A stretch of 56,397 bases of DNA from an uncultured virus (IMG/VR IMGVR_UViG_3300031088_000645) (IMGVR_UViG_3300031088_000645), one strand, 5' to 3'. Positions 1 to 9,418 are shown, numbered from the stretch's first letter. Program-made: numbers and translations. Notes: generated by a model from the sequence alone, not told the origin.

Positions 1-1
1 C

Positions 2-391
2 GCTGTGGTCGAGAAGCTTTCGAATGCCATCCAGAACCCAGAGTGGGCACCTTTCTTCGGTAGGCGCGCCCATGTGCCGTCATTGCCCATCTCATTGGGG
101 ACGGCTACCAGTGAAGACCCCCGTGCGCTTCTTCAAGAGCTTCCTGTATTCTGGGGAGAAGAAGAACGTTGGTTGGCTGAAAAGACGGTACCGACTTACG
201 ACTCAGTAGGACAAGGCAGTGACCGCCCCGAGGTGGTCATCGATCAGCCAGTTTCGTTCCACCCTAGGGACAGAAATTACACCGAGCGCACACACTATGT
301 GTTCAACACAAAGGCTCAAAGAGAGCCGAAGAAGTTATCAATCGTAGAGCAGTACATCGAAATCAGGAAGGCGCTAATCAATGTTCATTAG
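2..391 (+). CDS. cas5e: Type I-E CRISPR-associated Cas5 (CasD), C-terminal part, 5' truncated by window
   Basis: AIQNPEWAPFFGRRAHVPS and DQPVSFHPRDRNYTER match Cas5e C-terminal motifs; overlaps the cas6e start. Confidence 0.85.
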   Translation, partial: AVVEKLSNAIQNPEWAPFFGRRAHVPSLPISLGTATSEDPRALLQELPVFWGEEERWLAEKTVPTYDSVGQGSDRPEVVIDQPVSFHPRDRNYTERTHYVFNTKAQREPKKLSIVEQYIEIRKALINVH

Positions 392-992
392 CCGTGTCAA
401 TGTAGGTCCAGATGCTCCGCTCTTTACTCGTGGACGCAATGGTGTCCGTGAGCATCAATTTGTGATGTCTCTTTTCCCAGATGGTTTGGATGACAAATCA
501 CCTCGCTCTGCCATCAATGCTCTCTGGCGGCTCGATGCGACCAAAATGGGCGAGCTAAAAGTCACCATCAAGTCGGATATCCTTCCTTCCCTCGACAACG
601 TGAAATCGGACAGGATGCGTAATGCAGTGTCCCTGGAATCAAAGGAGTTCGATGGATTTGCAAGGGCTATTGCTCTTGGAGATGTCTCGTACTCAGTTCG
701 TCTGAACAGTATCAAGCGCAGCGATAACGGCGAGCGCCCACTACGCAACCTGGATGAAATTGCCGCTTGGTGGAAAGACAAGGCTGCTGGCTGTGGGCTA
801 TCTATTGATGAAAGCAAGCTTGATATCGCTGTTGAGAGCGCTCTGGAGAGAACTAAAGACTCCCTGCTTGCTAGCACCCAGATTTCAGGTAGAGGAACTG
901 TGACAGATGCAGAGAAGCTTGATTCGGCAGTTCGAGATGGGGTCGGACGCGGCAAGAATTACGGATTTGGGTTGCTGCTGATTGGTGGGTAA
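381..992 (+). CDS. cas6e: Type I-E CRISPR-associated endoribonuclease Cas6e (CasE)
   Basis: N-terminal MFISRV, HQFVMSLFP, LWRLD, and the C-terminal G-rich loop GVGRGKNYGFGLL. Confidence 0.9.
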   Translation: MFISRVNVGPDAPLFTRGRNGVREHQFVMSLFPDGLDDKSPRSAINALWRLDATKMGELKVTIKSDILPSLDNVKSDRMRNAVSLESKEFDGFARAIALGDVSYSVRLNSIKRSDNGERPLRNLDEIAAWWKDKAAGCGLSIDESKLDIAVESALERTKDSLLASTQISGRGTVTDAEKLDSAVRDGVGRGKNYGFGLLLIGG

Positions 993-1105
993 GCAGTATC
1001 TTGTTTTGGGATAGACCCTTCCACAAGTTGCATCATGATGATGAGCGCGTGTATGGTTGAACTAACGGCAAGGGAACAGCCCAAGCCCCATTCAGAGGAA
1101 TCATC

Positions 1106-1279
1106 ATGGCTAAGTCGGACAAGGAAGTCGTTCGGGATATTCTTCGTGCACAGGGTATCTCGGCTGAGCCTACCCCTGAGGCTATCAAAGTCTTCGCTAA
1201 TGCTCGTGCCCATAGCTATCTTGAAGGCGTTCGTGACACGAATTCCGACAACGACTTCAGCCCTGAAATTTTTGACTAG
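1106..1279 (+). CDS. Small hypothetical protein, 57 aa (MAKSDKEVVRDILRAQG...FSPEIFD); not in ORF track
   Basis: Translated by hand; SD-like AGAGGA upstream of ATG 1106; TAG at 1277-1279. Confidence 0.6.
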   Translation: MAKSDKEVVRDILRAQGISAEPTPEAIKVFANARAHSYLEGVRDTNSDNDFSPEIFD

Positions 1280-1356
1280 TCTCCGCGTGTAAAGGTCTGA
1301 ACCTCCAGTATCCCATCTGTTACACTGCGTATCCGATGACACCTTTGGAGACTAAG

Positions 1357-1842
1357 ATGACGGATTCTAACCCAAACGCAGCAGACTACAGATGGACGCA
1401 CGTCCGTAGCGATGATGGACTTACTCTCACTTCAACTGTGAGTACCGAAGGTCTTGAATACTCAGTGAGCATGAGGTGGGATGACCGCAAGACCGCTGAC
1501 GCTATGGTGGAGCAGGCGAAGTCTGACGTTGAAGAGCGTGCGTATCTTGTCATCGGAACTGATCCTGCGAAGGAAGCAGACGCAAATACCACAGTCAAGA
1601 ATGTTGGAGAACTTTTCGGCTACAAAATTCGTCTTGGTCGCTCCAGCGGTGGACCTAGCTCTAAGGTTGCCAAGATCGCTCTCGGTGGGCGTGAGGCTTC
1701 ACTGAACCTCAACGAAGAAGGCAAGTGGGACCGCAAGAGCATCAACTTTGCAAAGCGAAATCCTGAGACCTCTAAGACCAGCCTATTCGCAACCTCTGCG
1801 AAGAATAGCCTGTGGCTGAGTGTCAGCAAGAGTGCGGACTAG
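1357..1842 (+). CDS. Hypothetical protein
   Basis: ORF with GGAG upstream of ATG 1357 (MTDSNPNA). Confidence 0.65.
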   Translation: MTDSNPNAADYRWTHVRSDDGLTLTSTVSTEGLEYSVSMRWDDRKTADAMVEQAKSDVEERAYLVIGTDPAKEADANTTVKNVGELFGYKIRLGRSSGGPSSKVAKIALGGREASLNLNEEGKWDRKSINFAKRNPETSKTSLFATSAKNSLWLSVSKSAD

Positions 1843-1938
1843 GACAAAAGCGATAGAGGTTTCACTTGCGCTCCTTCCTAGGTAGTGCTAAGCTATAAAT
1901 ATCGGAAAAGCTTAGACAAACAACCAAAAGGAAACCTC

Positions 1939-2166
1939 ATGTCGCTCATCAACCTGTGCGCCCTCTGCAAGTCGCACGCTGATCAGGAATACCACTCCAC
2001 GTACAAGGGATACCCCATCAACGTTGGAATCTCGTGGATCACGAAGACGCGCCACTACCACTCGAATTGGTGGGAGGCTAACACGCTTGCCGGAATCAAG
2101 GCGATCATCAGCGAGAGCGTTGACCCCGACCGCTTGATCGCCAGGAACAGGCGACACACAAACTAG
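1939..2166 (+). CDS. Small hypothetical protein with CxxC
   Basis: AAGGAAA SD before MSLINLCALCK; followed by terminator. Confidence 0.6.
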   Translation: MSLINLCALCKSHADQEYHSTYKGYPINVGISWITKTRHYHSNWWEANTLAGIKAIISESVDPDRLIARNRRHTN

Positions 2167-2177
2167 GCAACAAGCTC

Positions 2178-2217
2178 AACCCCTCTCAATCTATTTATCC
2201 AGATTGAGAGGGGTTTT
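2178..2217 (+). terminator. Intrinsic terminator
   Basis: AACCCCTCTCAATCT/AGATTGAGAGGGGTT inverted repeat plus T tract. Confidence 0.75.
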
Positions 2218-2420
2218 GCTATACCCCCTTCCCCTTTTTTCGATCTCTATCAACAGATGAACGGGTGATAAAGAGGGTTAGTCAAACGATACTATCAATC
2301 ACCCTCTAGTAACCCTATAAAGTTATATAAAACATAGTAATTTTCTGGTGTATTTACCAAAACTATGCTATACTTAGAAGGTAAGCAAGTAACAAATACA
2401 AAAGAATAGGAACTTACACT

Positions 2421-3266
2421 ATGAGAAAATCAACAAAGGTAATCACAATCGCAGTATCGTCCGTAGTAGCATTGGCTATCGCAATCCCATTGGGTGTGGT
2501 GCATATGCAGGACAGGGAGCCTGTTACTGTCAATGAGCCAATCGTGTCTGTATCGGGTTCGGCTGGTGTGCTCAGTGGTGGTATCACGCCAAAGCCTTCA
2601 AGCGAGGTCGTCATCAAACCAACGGCTTTGCTCACCAGCACAGCGAAGCCACTTGTTGCGGCTAAGTGTGTGGATGCATTGAAAATTCCAGGTCAGACAC
2701 CAAGGTCTTACCCCAGCTTTTCAGTGACACAGAAGAGCACTCCATGCCAATACAATGAGGCGAAGTTCAAGAAGGTGATGGAGACCTACCGTAACCTCTA
2801 CGCTCTTGCTTCTACCTCAGCAACCATTGCGAACGACAGTCGCATGAACGCCACTACCCGAGCTACCTACAGTAGCCACGCCAAGATGTATCTGGCAGAG
2901 ATGGTCGTGTGGTCAGCATTGCCTCTTCCTGCGACCTACACAGGCAACGTGAACGCCATTGCGGCGAACATCATGGGTGGAGGCACAATCACTCAGGCTC
3001 GTGTAGAAAAGGTCTCTCGTGTCATCCTCTGGCACTTGGCATACACCGGAGCAGCGGAGAACACCATCAACGGTTACTACGCATACGCAAGTATCGCTAC
3101 CAAGGAGGGCTTCGGGTTCGTGATGAAGGCATTTGGTGTCAGTAAGCCTCTTGGTTTGAGTATCTACTTGGATGTGTTAAAGAAGAGCAAGAACGTCGCC
3201 AAGTTTGTGCTCAGTGCTCAAACAGCTAAGGTCTTTGTGCCTAACTTGCTACAGGCATCACAGTAG
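2421..3266 (+). CDS. Secreted or membrane-anchored hypothetical protein
   Basis: 281-aa ORF; basic N-terminus followed by hydrophobic signal/anchor; AT-rich upstream region with TGnTATACT. Confidence 0.65.
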   Translation: MRKSTKVITIAVSSVVALAIAIPLGVVHMQDREPVTVNEPIVSVSGSAGVLSGGITPKPSSEVVIKPTALLTSTAKPLVAAKCVDALKIPGQTPRSYPSFSVTQKSTPCQYNEAKFKKVMETYRNLYALASTSATIANDSRMNATTRATYSSHAKMYLAEMVVWSALPLPATYTGNVNAIAANIMGGGTITQARVEKVSRVILWHLAYTGAAENTINGYYAYASIATKEGFGFVMKAFGVSKPLGLSIYLDVLKKSKNVAKFVLSAQTAKVFVPNLLQASQ

Positions 3267-3301
3267 TCAACGCTAACCAAATTTGAGGTTTAGAAATAGA
3301 G

Positions 3302-3336
3302 GAACGCGGTGTGTAGTATACACACCGCGTTCGTTT
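3302..3336. terminator. Intrinsic terminator
   Basis: GAACGCGGTGTGTA/TACACACCGCGTTC inverted repeat. Confidence 0.7.
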
Positions 3337-3874
3337 CTTATGCCATCATCATGACAAGGCTATTTACCACTTCTAGCATTTCTGGGGAATCCTCAGATGA
3401 TACAGAAACGCAAACAGCAATAGCGACAACAACGCGGACGAGCAAAGTAGTAAATTTCTTACTCCAATAAAGCTCAAATGCCCATGTGGTGTTGCTATCA
3501 TTCTTGTCATGGATGAGCTTTGTCTTAAAGGACATGCTTTTCCAATCTTGTTAGAGTGAAAATTTGAGAAAATTTGAAGTGTTCGTCAAATATCCACTAT
3601 CATTAAGTTACTAACTCGGATTGTGAAAGCATGCCGGTTGGTAGAAAAGGGAACTGGTCTAGTATCTAGTTCCCTTTTCGTATGTACATAAAGTTATCAT
3701 CATGTCTTTCACTTGTCAAGCGCTAGTTAAAACTTTGTCTCAAAATGTTTTGAAGAGATATTGAACACGCTATCAATCAGTTCCAACTTCTAATACGGTG
3801 ATTGAGCGCATGTAGTTGAGATGCACATTTACAGGCGGGTACATAAGCTCACAATAAGCTGCTACACTCCGAAA

Positions 3875-5074
3875 ATGCCTCCCTACATCCGCATCAGTGA
3901 AGACACCAAGTCAGCCATCGCAAGCTACGCCAAGATCTTCCATGAGAAGACGCTAGACCCGTCCAGTGACGAGAACTACGTCGCATCTCCCCTAGGCTCT
4001 TGGCTGCTTCTTGCCACCCTCGCGGCGGCTACTGACTTCTCTGGTGCTGAGGATGCGAAGCGCCGTGTGGAAGAGACCCTTGGTCTTTCCGTGAGCGTTG
4101 CGGAGCAGGAAGCTAAGGCACTACTGGGCATTGATGGCGCTGAGGTAGCTATCGGTGCGTGGTTCAACGCTGAGCTTCCCACTCGTGCTGACAGGATTGC
4201 TTACTGGCTGGACACCAACCGTCTTGCCACTGCTGAGGGTCGTATCCCCTCTCAGGGTGAGATGGATGCATGGACCAACCGTCTCACTCATGGTCTGATC
4301 GAGAAGTTCCCGCTGGATGTTACGCCGGATGTCGTCTTCATGGTGGCTACTGTCGTCTACACCAAGTTTGACTGGTATCAGGAGTACGAGGTAGTTCATC
4401 ACAGTCACGCTCCTGTCTCGGGTTGGTCTGTGGACAAGATCCTCTACTCCAACAACTCTGACCTCAGCTTCTACGAACTCAAGGAAGACGCAGATGTCAT
4501 CCTTGCCGTCCACACTCGTTTCTCCCAGAATGACCAGATTGTCTACAGTGTGGTTCCTATCGCGGAAGAACTGACCGACAGTGAGATCCTTGAATACGCT
4601 CAGGAGATTTCAGAAAGAAGCACCCGGTTCACACGTCTTGGTTACGAGACTGCTATGCACCGCCTCGGTCTTGCTGAATTGAGCGAGCCGTCAACGACAA
4701 GTGGTATCTCGTTCACCTATGACACGGAAGCTACTGCTGAGCTTGCTTCTGTATGGCTTCCGGCTTGGGAGGCTGACAACAAGCACGACCTGACTGCTGA
4801 TGCTTTCGCCTTCGGTGATGTAGTGCGCACCCTTGCTATCGGCAGCGATGAGATTGGTGACTTTGATGCCATGCAGGCAGTGGTCGCCAAGTACGGCGCA
4901 AAGGGCTTTGAAGCTGCTGCTGTGACGGGTGTTTCTGTCCTCCGTTCCGCCGTAATGCCCGCCCGGGGTCACTACGCGGCTCACCTAAGTTTCAACAGGA
5001 CGTTTGCCGCTGTCTGTGTGGTCGCTGGTCTTCCGTTGTTCTCAGCGGTCGTCAGAGGCGCTACGGAGGCATAA
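3875..5074 (+). CDS. Serpin family protein
   Basis: ENYVASPLG, DAWTNRLTHGLIEKF, hinge KGFEAAAVTG, C-terminal FNRTF...PLF; leaderless start TACACT-N6-ATG. Confidence 0.85.
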   Translation: MPPYIRISEDTKSAIASYAKIFHEKTLDPSSDENYVASPLGSWLLLATLAAATDFSGAEDAKRRVEETLGLSVSVAEQEAKALLGIDGAEVAIGAWFNAELPTRADRIAYWLDTNRLATAEGRIPSQGEMDAWTNRLTHGLIEKFPLDVTPDVVFMVATVVYTKFDWYQEYEVVHHSHAPVSGWSVDKILYSNNSDLSFYELKEDADVILAVHTRFSQNDQIVYSVVPIAEELTDSEILEYAQEISERSTRFTRLGYETAMHRLGLAELSEPSTTSGISFTYDTEATAELASVWLPAWEADNKHDLTADAFAFGDVVRTLAIGSDEIGDFDAMQAVVAKYGAKGFEAAAVTGVSVLRSAVMPARGHYAAHLSFNRTFAAVCVVAGLPLFSAVVRGATEA

Positions 5075-5076
5075 CC

Positions 5077-5331
5077 GTGGCTTCATTCGTTGTCCTGTAC
5101 GAAGACAGGAAGGGCACAAAGTGCCTCTTCATCAGTGATGAGCCAACTGCGCCAGAAGCTGCACACGCGGTCAAGGTAAAGCACATCGGTAGTGTCATCA
5201 CTAACGTCTACATCGCTGATGATGACCTCACGCCGGTCTGTATTCTGCATGGTAACCATCTGCCCTGTGCTGAGTGTGATGGGTTATCAGGTGGCAAGTT
5301 CTCATCTGAGAAGATAGACCTCGCAGGTTAG
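5077..5331 (+). CDS. Small hypothetical protein with Cys/His cluster
   Basis: Directly follows the serpin; CILHGNHLPCAEC; terminator downstream. Confidence 0.55.
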   Translation: MASFVVLYEDRKGTKCLFISDEPTAPEAAHAVKVKHIGSVITNVYIADDDLTPVCILHGNHLPCAECDGLSGGKFSSEKIDLAG

Positions 5332-5337
5332 TCAAAG

Positions 5338-5372
5338 AAGAAGCCCCGGTAGATGGTTACCGGGGCTTCTTT
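5338..5372. terminator. Bidirectional intrinsic terminator
   Basis: AAGAAGCCCCGGT/ACCGGGGCTTCTT between convergent genes. Confidence 0.75.
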
Positions 5373-5380
5373 GATGTCGA

Positions 5381-5713
5381 TCAGAAAGGGTTGTCGAGGC
5401 GACGATGTTCTTCTTGGATGCGCTCTTGCTCAGCGACATCTTCGTCTGAGTAGGACTCCATCTCGGGGTTCTCATCCTCGACCTGAACATCGAACTTCCA
5501 GAAGATGTAGATGCGTGTTGCTGCCGCAAGGAGAGCGATACCGGCGAGTACGAAGAACACGATGGGGATGTTGAACGCTGCTGATGAGCGGTTCTCTGGT
5601 GCGATGGATTGGATGGGGCTAAGTAGCGCGAAACCAATGAGTGTCAGCACGATGGAGGCAATGACGAGAGCTACTCCTTGCGCAATGGCGACGATGGCTG
5701 TTCCTCTGAACAT
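5381..5713 (-). CDS. Two-TM membrane protein
   Basis: AGGAGA SD before MFRGTAIV; two hydrophobic segments and an acidic tail. Confidence 0.65.
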   Translation of the reverse strand: MFRGTAIVAIAQGVALVIASIVLTLIGFALLSPIQSIAPENRSSAAFNIPIVFFVLAGIALLAAATRIYIFWKFDVQVEDENPEMESYSDEDVAEQERIQEEHRRLDNPF

Positions 5714-5821
5714 GGATTCTCCTGTTGGTCGGTGGTCAGCATAGCAGGCAGGCTGTACTTGCTTACTGGTATCGATTGTCTTATGATAAGGAGACAAGTA
5801 TCCATGACAGTAAGGAAGAAC

Positions 5822-6250
5822 ATGACCACCAGCTTCAACTTCATTGAGATCGGTGATGCTTTGCGTCTCGCAGATGGTGTCGAGAAGGTCAACCTCGCGC
5901 CAGGTCTGTCTTTCAAGAGTGCGGGTCGTAACCGCCGAGACGTTGTGGTGACTGATACCACTAAGAACGATGCCGGACTGGTCGTTAGTATCGAGGTCGA
6001 GGGTCAGGATGGTGTGACGGTCGTCAGTGCTGATGATGACGTTGACATCGAGTTCCTGAGTTACGCCAACATCCTTCCGGACTCCGACTACATCACGTGG
6101 GCATACGACCACGTTCAGCACCTGGCGATGCGTACCGGTCACCCTGCGAACAACGTGTGGCTGTACAACGGCAAGCAGTACAGCGCTGCTGACCTTCGTG
6201 ACATCATCGGTGATGCTCGAATTCACACCCTGGTGCTCCGCGACCAGTAA
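5822..6250 (+). CDS. Hypothetical protein
   Basis: AAGGAAG SD before MTTSFNFIEIG; terminator follows. Confidence 0.65.
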   Translation: MTTSFNFIEIGDALRLADGVEKVNLAPGLSFKSAGRNRRDVVVTDTTKNDAGLVVSIEVEGQDGVTVVSADDDVDIEFLSYANILPDSDYITWAYDHVQHLAMRTGHPANNVWLYNGKQYSAADLRDIIGDARIHTLVLRDQ

Positions 6251-6267
6251 CACTCCTCTCAGCAATG

Positions 6268-6302
6268 AAGACCGCCCCGTACATGACACACGGGGCGGTC
6301 TT
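6268..6302. terminator. Bidirectional intrinsic terminator
   Basis: AAGACCGCCCCGT/ACGGGGCGGTCTT. Confidence 0.7.
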
Positions 6303-6303
6303 G

Positions 6304-6525
6304 CTATACGCCTAGACTCTCAGCCTGATTGCCACGAGGATGAGCTTCATCCCAGCACACTGTGTGGGTTCCGGTAGCAACAATCTGCTGGTAGTTCTTG
6401 TCTCGATGAGCAAGGGCTTCTTCAACCGACAGTCCCTTGTCGAGGTCACCTAGCTCCTTGGATGATAGGTCGAGTACTGACTTGTGGTTGCAACGAACGC
6501 AGGGGTTGCTAAGGAAGAGGGTCAT
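6304..6525 (-). CDS. Small putative Zn-binding protein
   Basis: CxxC near N-terminus and HxxC near C-terminus; ends at terminator. Confidence 0.55.
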   Translation of the reverse strand: MTLFLSNPCVRCNHKSVLDLSSKELGDLDKGLSVEEALAHRDKNYQQIVATGTHTVCWDEAHPRGNQAESLGV

Positions 6526-6593
6526 GACGGCTTTCTGGCGGTTGTCGTTTCGGGATAATAGACCGGTCTTTCCCTGTTGTCAAACCAATCAGA

Positions 6594-6622
6594 TTGACAC
6601 GCACTTGATTGTCTTCTATCAT
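6594..6622 (+). promoter_or_regulatory. Sigma-A-type promoter for a leaderless transcript
   Basis: TTGACA-17 nt-TATCAT, 6 nt upstream of ATG 6629. Confidence 0.7.
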
Positions 6623-6628
6623 CAAGTC

Positions 6629-7048
6629 ATGGACGAATCGCAGTGGGAATCCACTTTGCCCCGGATGGCTAAGTCGCATCCTCATGCTGCTTCCATCGCA
6701 ACCGAGATGAAGAACCTCGGTATGACGTTTAGCGTCTTGGTCTCTATCCCCGCTGTGGTCTTCACCGCTGAGAAGTGGAGGGATGGACTCAACGATCTAC
6801 CCAGCAACTTCGGCGCTGTCGTCAACACGCTTATCGCAAGCGGCGAGGACTTGGACCGTGCGTACCTGTGGGCTACCATCTGTCTCAGTAATGGCTACAC
6901 GCCTGACGAGACGACCGTCCTGGCAAAGAGCGGGTTCGACTTCATCAAGGTCTTGGAGCACCTTCGTAGTGGCATACCACTTCAGGTTGTTCAGGAGCTA
7001 ATGGCAAACGAAATCGATTCCAGCATGATCAAGTCGCTCATCAGCTAG
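6629..7048 (+). CDS. Hypothetical protein with shared C-terminal DID module
   Basis: Leaderless start; ends ELMANEIDSSMIKSLIS. Confidence 0.7.
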   Translation: MDESQWESTLPRMAKSHPHAASIATEMKNLGMTFSVLVSIPAVVFTAEKWRDGLNDLPSNFGAVVNTLIASGEDLDRAYLWATICLSNGYTPDETTVLAKSGFDFIKVLEHLRSGIPLQVVQELMANEIDSSMIKSLIS

Positions 7049-7292
7049 TCGGTTTGTCATTGTCCTTCTGGAGGCTTATCCCACTATCAGCGGGACCATC
7101 CTTGCCGGGGTACGTAGGTTCTATCTCCGCTTTCCACTTCCGGTAGTACGAGAATGCCACCAACAAGAAGATGATGGCAGTGAAGAAGAACGCGGCGGAA
7201 TTCACGAGTCCGAGCACGAAAAACGGTATCGCTATTATCCCGAACGTCTCAGCGTAAGTCTGGTTCTCGCCCTTATGTTGGTTGTTAGTCAT
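7041..7292 (-). CDS. Small membrane protein
   Basis: AAAGGAG SD before MTNNQHK; hydrophobic hairpin. Confidence 0.6.
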   Translation of the reverse strand: MTNNQHKGENQTYAETFGIIAIPFFVLGLVNSAAFFFTAIIFLLVAFSYYRKWKAEIEPTYPGKDGPADSGISLQKDNDKPTS

Positions 7293-7339
7293 GGCATCTC
7301 CTTTACTCAAGGCTAGCTTGTGGTGTTGCGCAGAAACAG

Positions 7340-7380
7340 CGAAAGCCACCTGTGGCAATCAAATGCACAGGTGGCTTTCG
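7340..7380. terminator. Intrinsic terminator
   Basis: GAAAGCCACCTGTG/CACAGGTGGCTTTC. Confidence 0.7.
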
Positions 7381-7389
7381 GGTAGTGTC

Positions 7390-7740
7390 TTAGAAGAAGA
7401 CACCCTTGGTCATGCTGTAGCCCTCGGCATCCAGCCAGTTGTCCTTCAGACGGTGAGCGTGGTCCTGCTCGATGACGCGATACTGACGCTCGCGCTCTTC
7501 GGGCTTGAAGCTCTCGATGCGCTCGATGAACTCTTCGATGTCCTGTTCGGTACCGTACTCATCGCGGACCTCCAGCTTGTCGCTGTTGTAGCGCAGGAAG
7601 ATCTTCCATGCGTCGAAGGAGTCGAACCAGTCACCGGAGAGGATGACACCACTGCCGGTCTTTCCGATGTGCAGCTTGAGCGAACTCGTGAGCGAACTGT
7701 TACTGTCGATGTTGATGATTGCGTAATGGTTTGTGCTCAT
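7390..7740 (-). CDS. Phage-type hypothetical protein
   Basis: GGAGG SD; LHIGK...DEYG...WLDAEGY pattern reminiscent of small phage proteins. Confidence 0.65.
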   Translation of the reverse strand: MSTNHYAIINIDSNSSLTSSLKLHIGKTGSGVILSGDWFDSFDAWKIFLRYNSDKLEVRDEYGTEQDIEEFIERIESFKPEERERQYRVIEQDHAHRLKDNWLDAEGYSMTKGVFF

Positions 7741-7861
7741 ATGTGAACCTCCTGCTCACTAATCGGATACTTGTCTATTTGAATGTACTGGGTTCTGACT
7801 TGACTGTCAAGTTTTGGTGCGGTACGGTTGAATGAAGACGACGATAAAGGGAGGTGCTGAC

Positions 7862-8890
7862 ATGGTGGTAGGACTGATTTCTGGTCAGGAGTTTGAACCC
7901 ACGCAGGAATACCTTCTGAGTCGAACTCTTCACGATCTACAGAGCGATGACTCTCTTGTCGGTACGGAGAAGATCTATCGCGATTACAGCCTTCTACCTG
8001 ATGCCAAAGAGTTCAACGAATGGCTCAGCCAGGAAGCCTCCGACACCTATTCACAGGATGACATCGAGCAGATCACAAGCTCTCATTACTACAAAGAGCT
8101 TGGACCTTGGGTGCCAAAGGCTTTCTTCCTGAATGCCACTCCTGGTCCTTGGAAGCCTGAGTATGTGAGCAGGTGCTGTGGCAAAGCGGAGATGAAAGCC
8201 AAAGATAGATGGCTTACCCCAGCCGATGTCGCACACATCATCCTCAACCCTCCTGGTGGTCCGTACTTCCCCAAGCAACACAAGTACAAGATGCCCTGTG
8301 TCGTGCATGGCGATACAGCAGGGTTTGCTCCCCAGATAATCCCACCTGGCTCTGATTTCTACCGGACGGTTCGACCGACAACCATCTTCGAATTGGGCGT
8401 GTTGACACCTCGATTCGTCTATGGTGCAAGGAAGTTTGTCACCGCTGAACAGATGATCCATGCTCTCGGAATCTCATTCCAAAACAAAATGGGTTTTCCT
8501 GAGATGCCTCACTTCGACACCCACTTCAACCACGCCAATCACTTTGCAATGGCGCTCGGTGAATTGAAGTCCATCGTGCCAGAGAACCACGCACTTGCCT
8601 GGCTGATGCTAGCTGGGTGGCGGTCGAAGAATACCCGCAACCTGTATTCGCGCTTCCCTGCTGTCTCGTACCTCGTGGAGAAATCCACCGCTTCTGAGGT
8701 CTATGGCTACCTTGAAGTGGGTGTTGCCAACATCAACGAGGTCGTCAAGTTCATCAAGGCAGGGCTAGACAAGGAAACAGTCATGGCTTACTACGCCAGC
8801 AACGTCACGAAGATCAGCGTGATGAAGAGGATGACTAAAGCCGGTATCGACACCAATGTTATGACCGGTCTATTTAGAGGAGAGCTATAG
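7862..8890 (+). CDS. Hypothetical protein with shared C-terminal DID module
   Basis: GGGAGG SD (alternative start 7832); ends RMTKAGIDTNVMTGLFRGEL. Confidence 0.7.
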   Translation: MVVGLISGQEFEPTQEYLLSRTLHDLQSDDSLVGTEKIYRDYSLLPDAKEFNEWLSQEASDTYSQDDIEQITSSHYYKELGPWVPKAFFLNATPGPWKPEYVSRCCGKAEMKAKDRWLTPADVAHIILNPPGGPYFPKQHKYKMPCVVHGDTAGFAPQIIPPGSDFYRTVRPTTIFELGVLTPRFVYGARKFVTAEQMIHALGISFQNKMGFPEMPHFDTHFNHANHFAMALGELKSIVPENHALAWLMLAGWRSKNTRNLYSRFPAVSYLVEKSTASEVYGYLEVGVANINEVVKFIKAGLDKETVMAYYASNVTKISVMKRMTKAGIDTNVMTGLFRGEL

Positions 8891-9369
8891 TGTTCGACCG
8901 TTTCGAGATGACCTATGGCTCGCTGAGCATTCATCGCACACCCATGAGTTTCGATGATTGGGACAAGGTATACATGGTGTTCGATTCACTCGACGTGCAA
9001 TCCGATCAGGTCGAGGCTGTCATCATGCCAATCATCAAGGATGAGAAAGCGGCGCTTCCTTGGGTTATGCGCCTTGGGGTGTTCAACCGCCTCTTCAGGA
9101 AGAAGCTTGGTATCAAGTGGACGGAGCGCTATGAGTCGTTGCGAGCGATTGATCCTGAGGCAACCTCGGAGGAACTGGCTCGTGTATGGTTCGCCTCCTA
9201 TGCTGCCGAGGCGGCTGGCTATTCGTTCGAGAACTACATGAAGCGGGCGGTGACTGTCTGGAACAGCGCCAAGATCGTTCACTACGTCACACGGTTTGGG
9301 TTCACTAGCATGTTCTGCGCTCTTGATGCCGATCTCGACATGGAGATGATGGAGTCTCTGTCGGCATAG
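8890..9369 (+). CDS. Hypothetical protein with shared C-terminal DID module
   Basis: Coupled to the upstream stop; ends ALDADLDMEMMESLSA. Confidence 0.7.
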   Translation: MFDRFEMTYGSLSIHRTPMSFDDWDKVYMVFDSLDVQSDQVEAVIMPIIKDEKAALPWVMRLGVFNRLFRKKLGIKWTERYESLRAIDPEATSEELARVWFASYAAEAAGYSFENYMKRAVTVWNSAKIVHYVTRFGFTSMFCALDADLDMEMMESLSA

Positions 9370-9377
9370 CCCGAACA

Positions 9378-9418
9378 CACGAAAGCCCCGGTTCAACTAA
9401 GAGCCGGGGCTTTTCGTG
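9378..9418. terminator. Bidirectional intrinsic terminator
   Basis: GAAAGCCCCGG/CCGGGGCTTTTC between convergent genes. Confidence 0.75.

Noticed and set aside
1035..1292. 85-aa ORF in the track after cas6e
   Set aside because: The overlapping frame 1106..1279 has a better SD and more protein-like composition.
3338..3535. 65-aa minus-strand ORF
   Set aside because: Short and motif-free; it could be real but is not supportable.
993..3820. CRISPR array or leader downstream of cas6e
   Set aside because: No regularly spaced repeats of about 29 bp found by eye, and AT-richness alone is insufficient.
5714..6289. N-terminal extension of the 302-aa minus ORF 5381..6289
   Set aside because: Antisense to the 5822..6250 gene; the real start is probably 5713, which has an SD.
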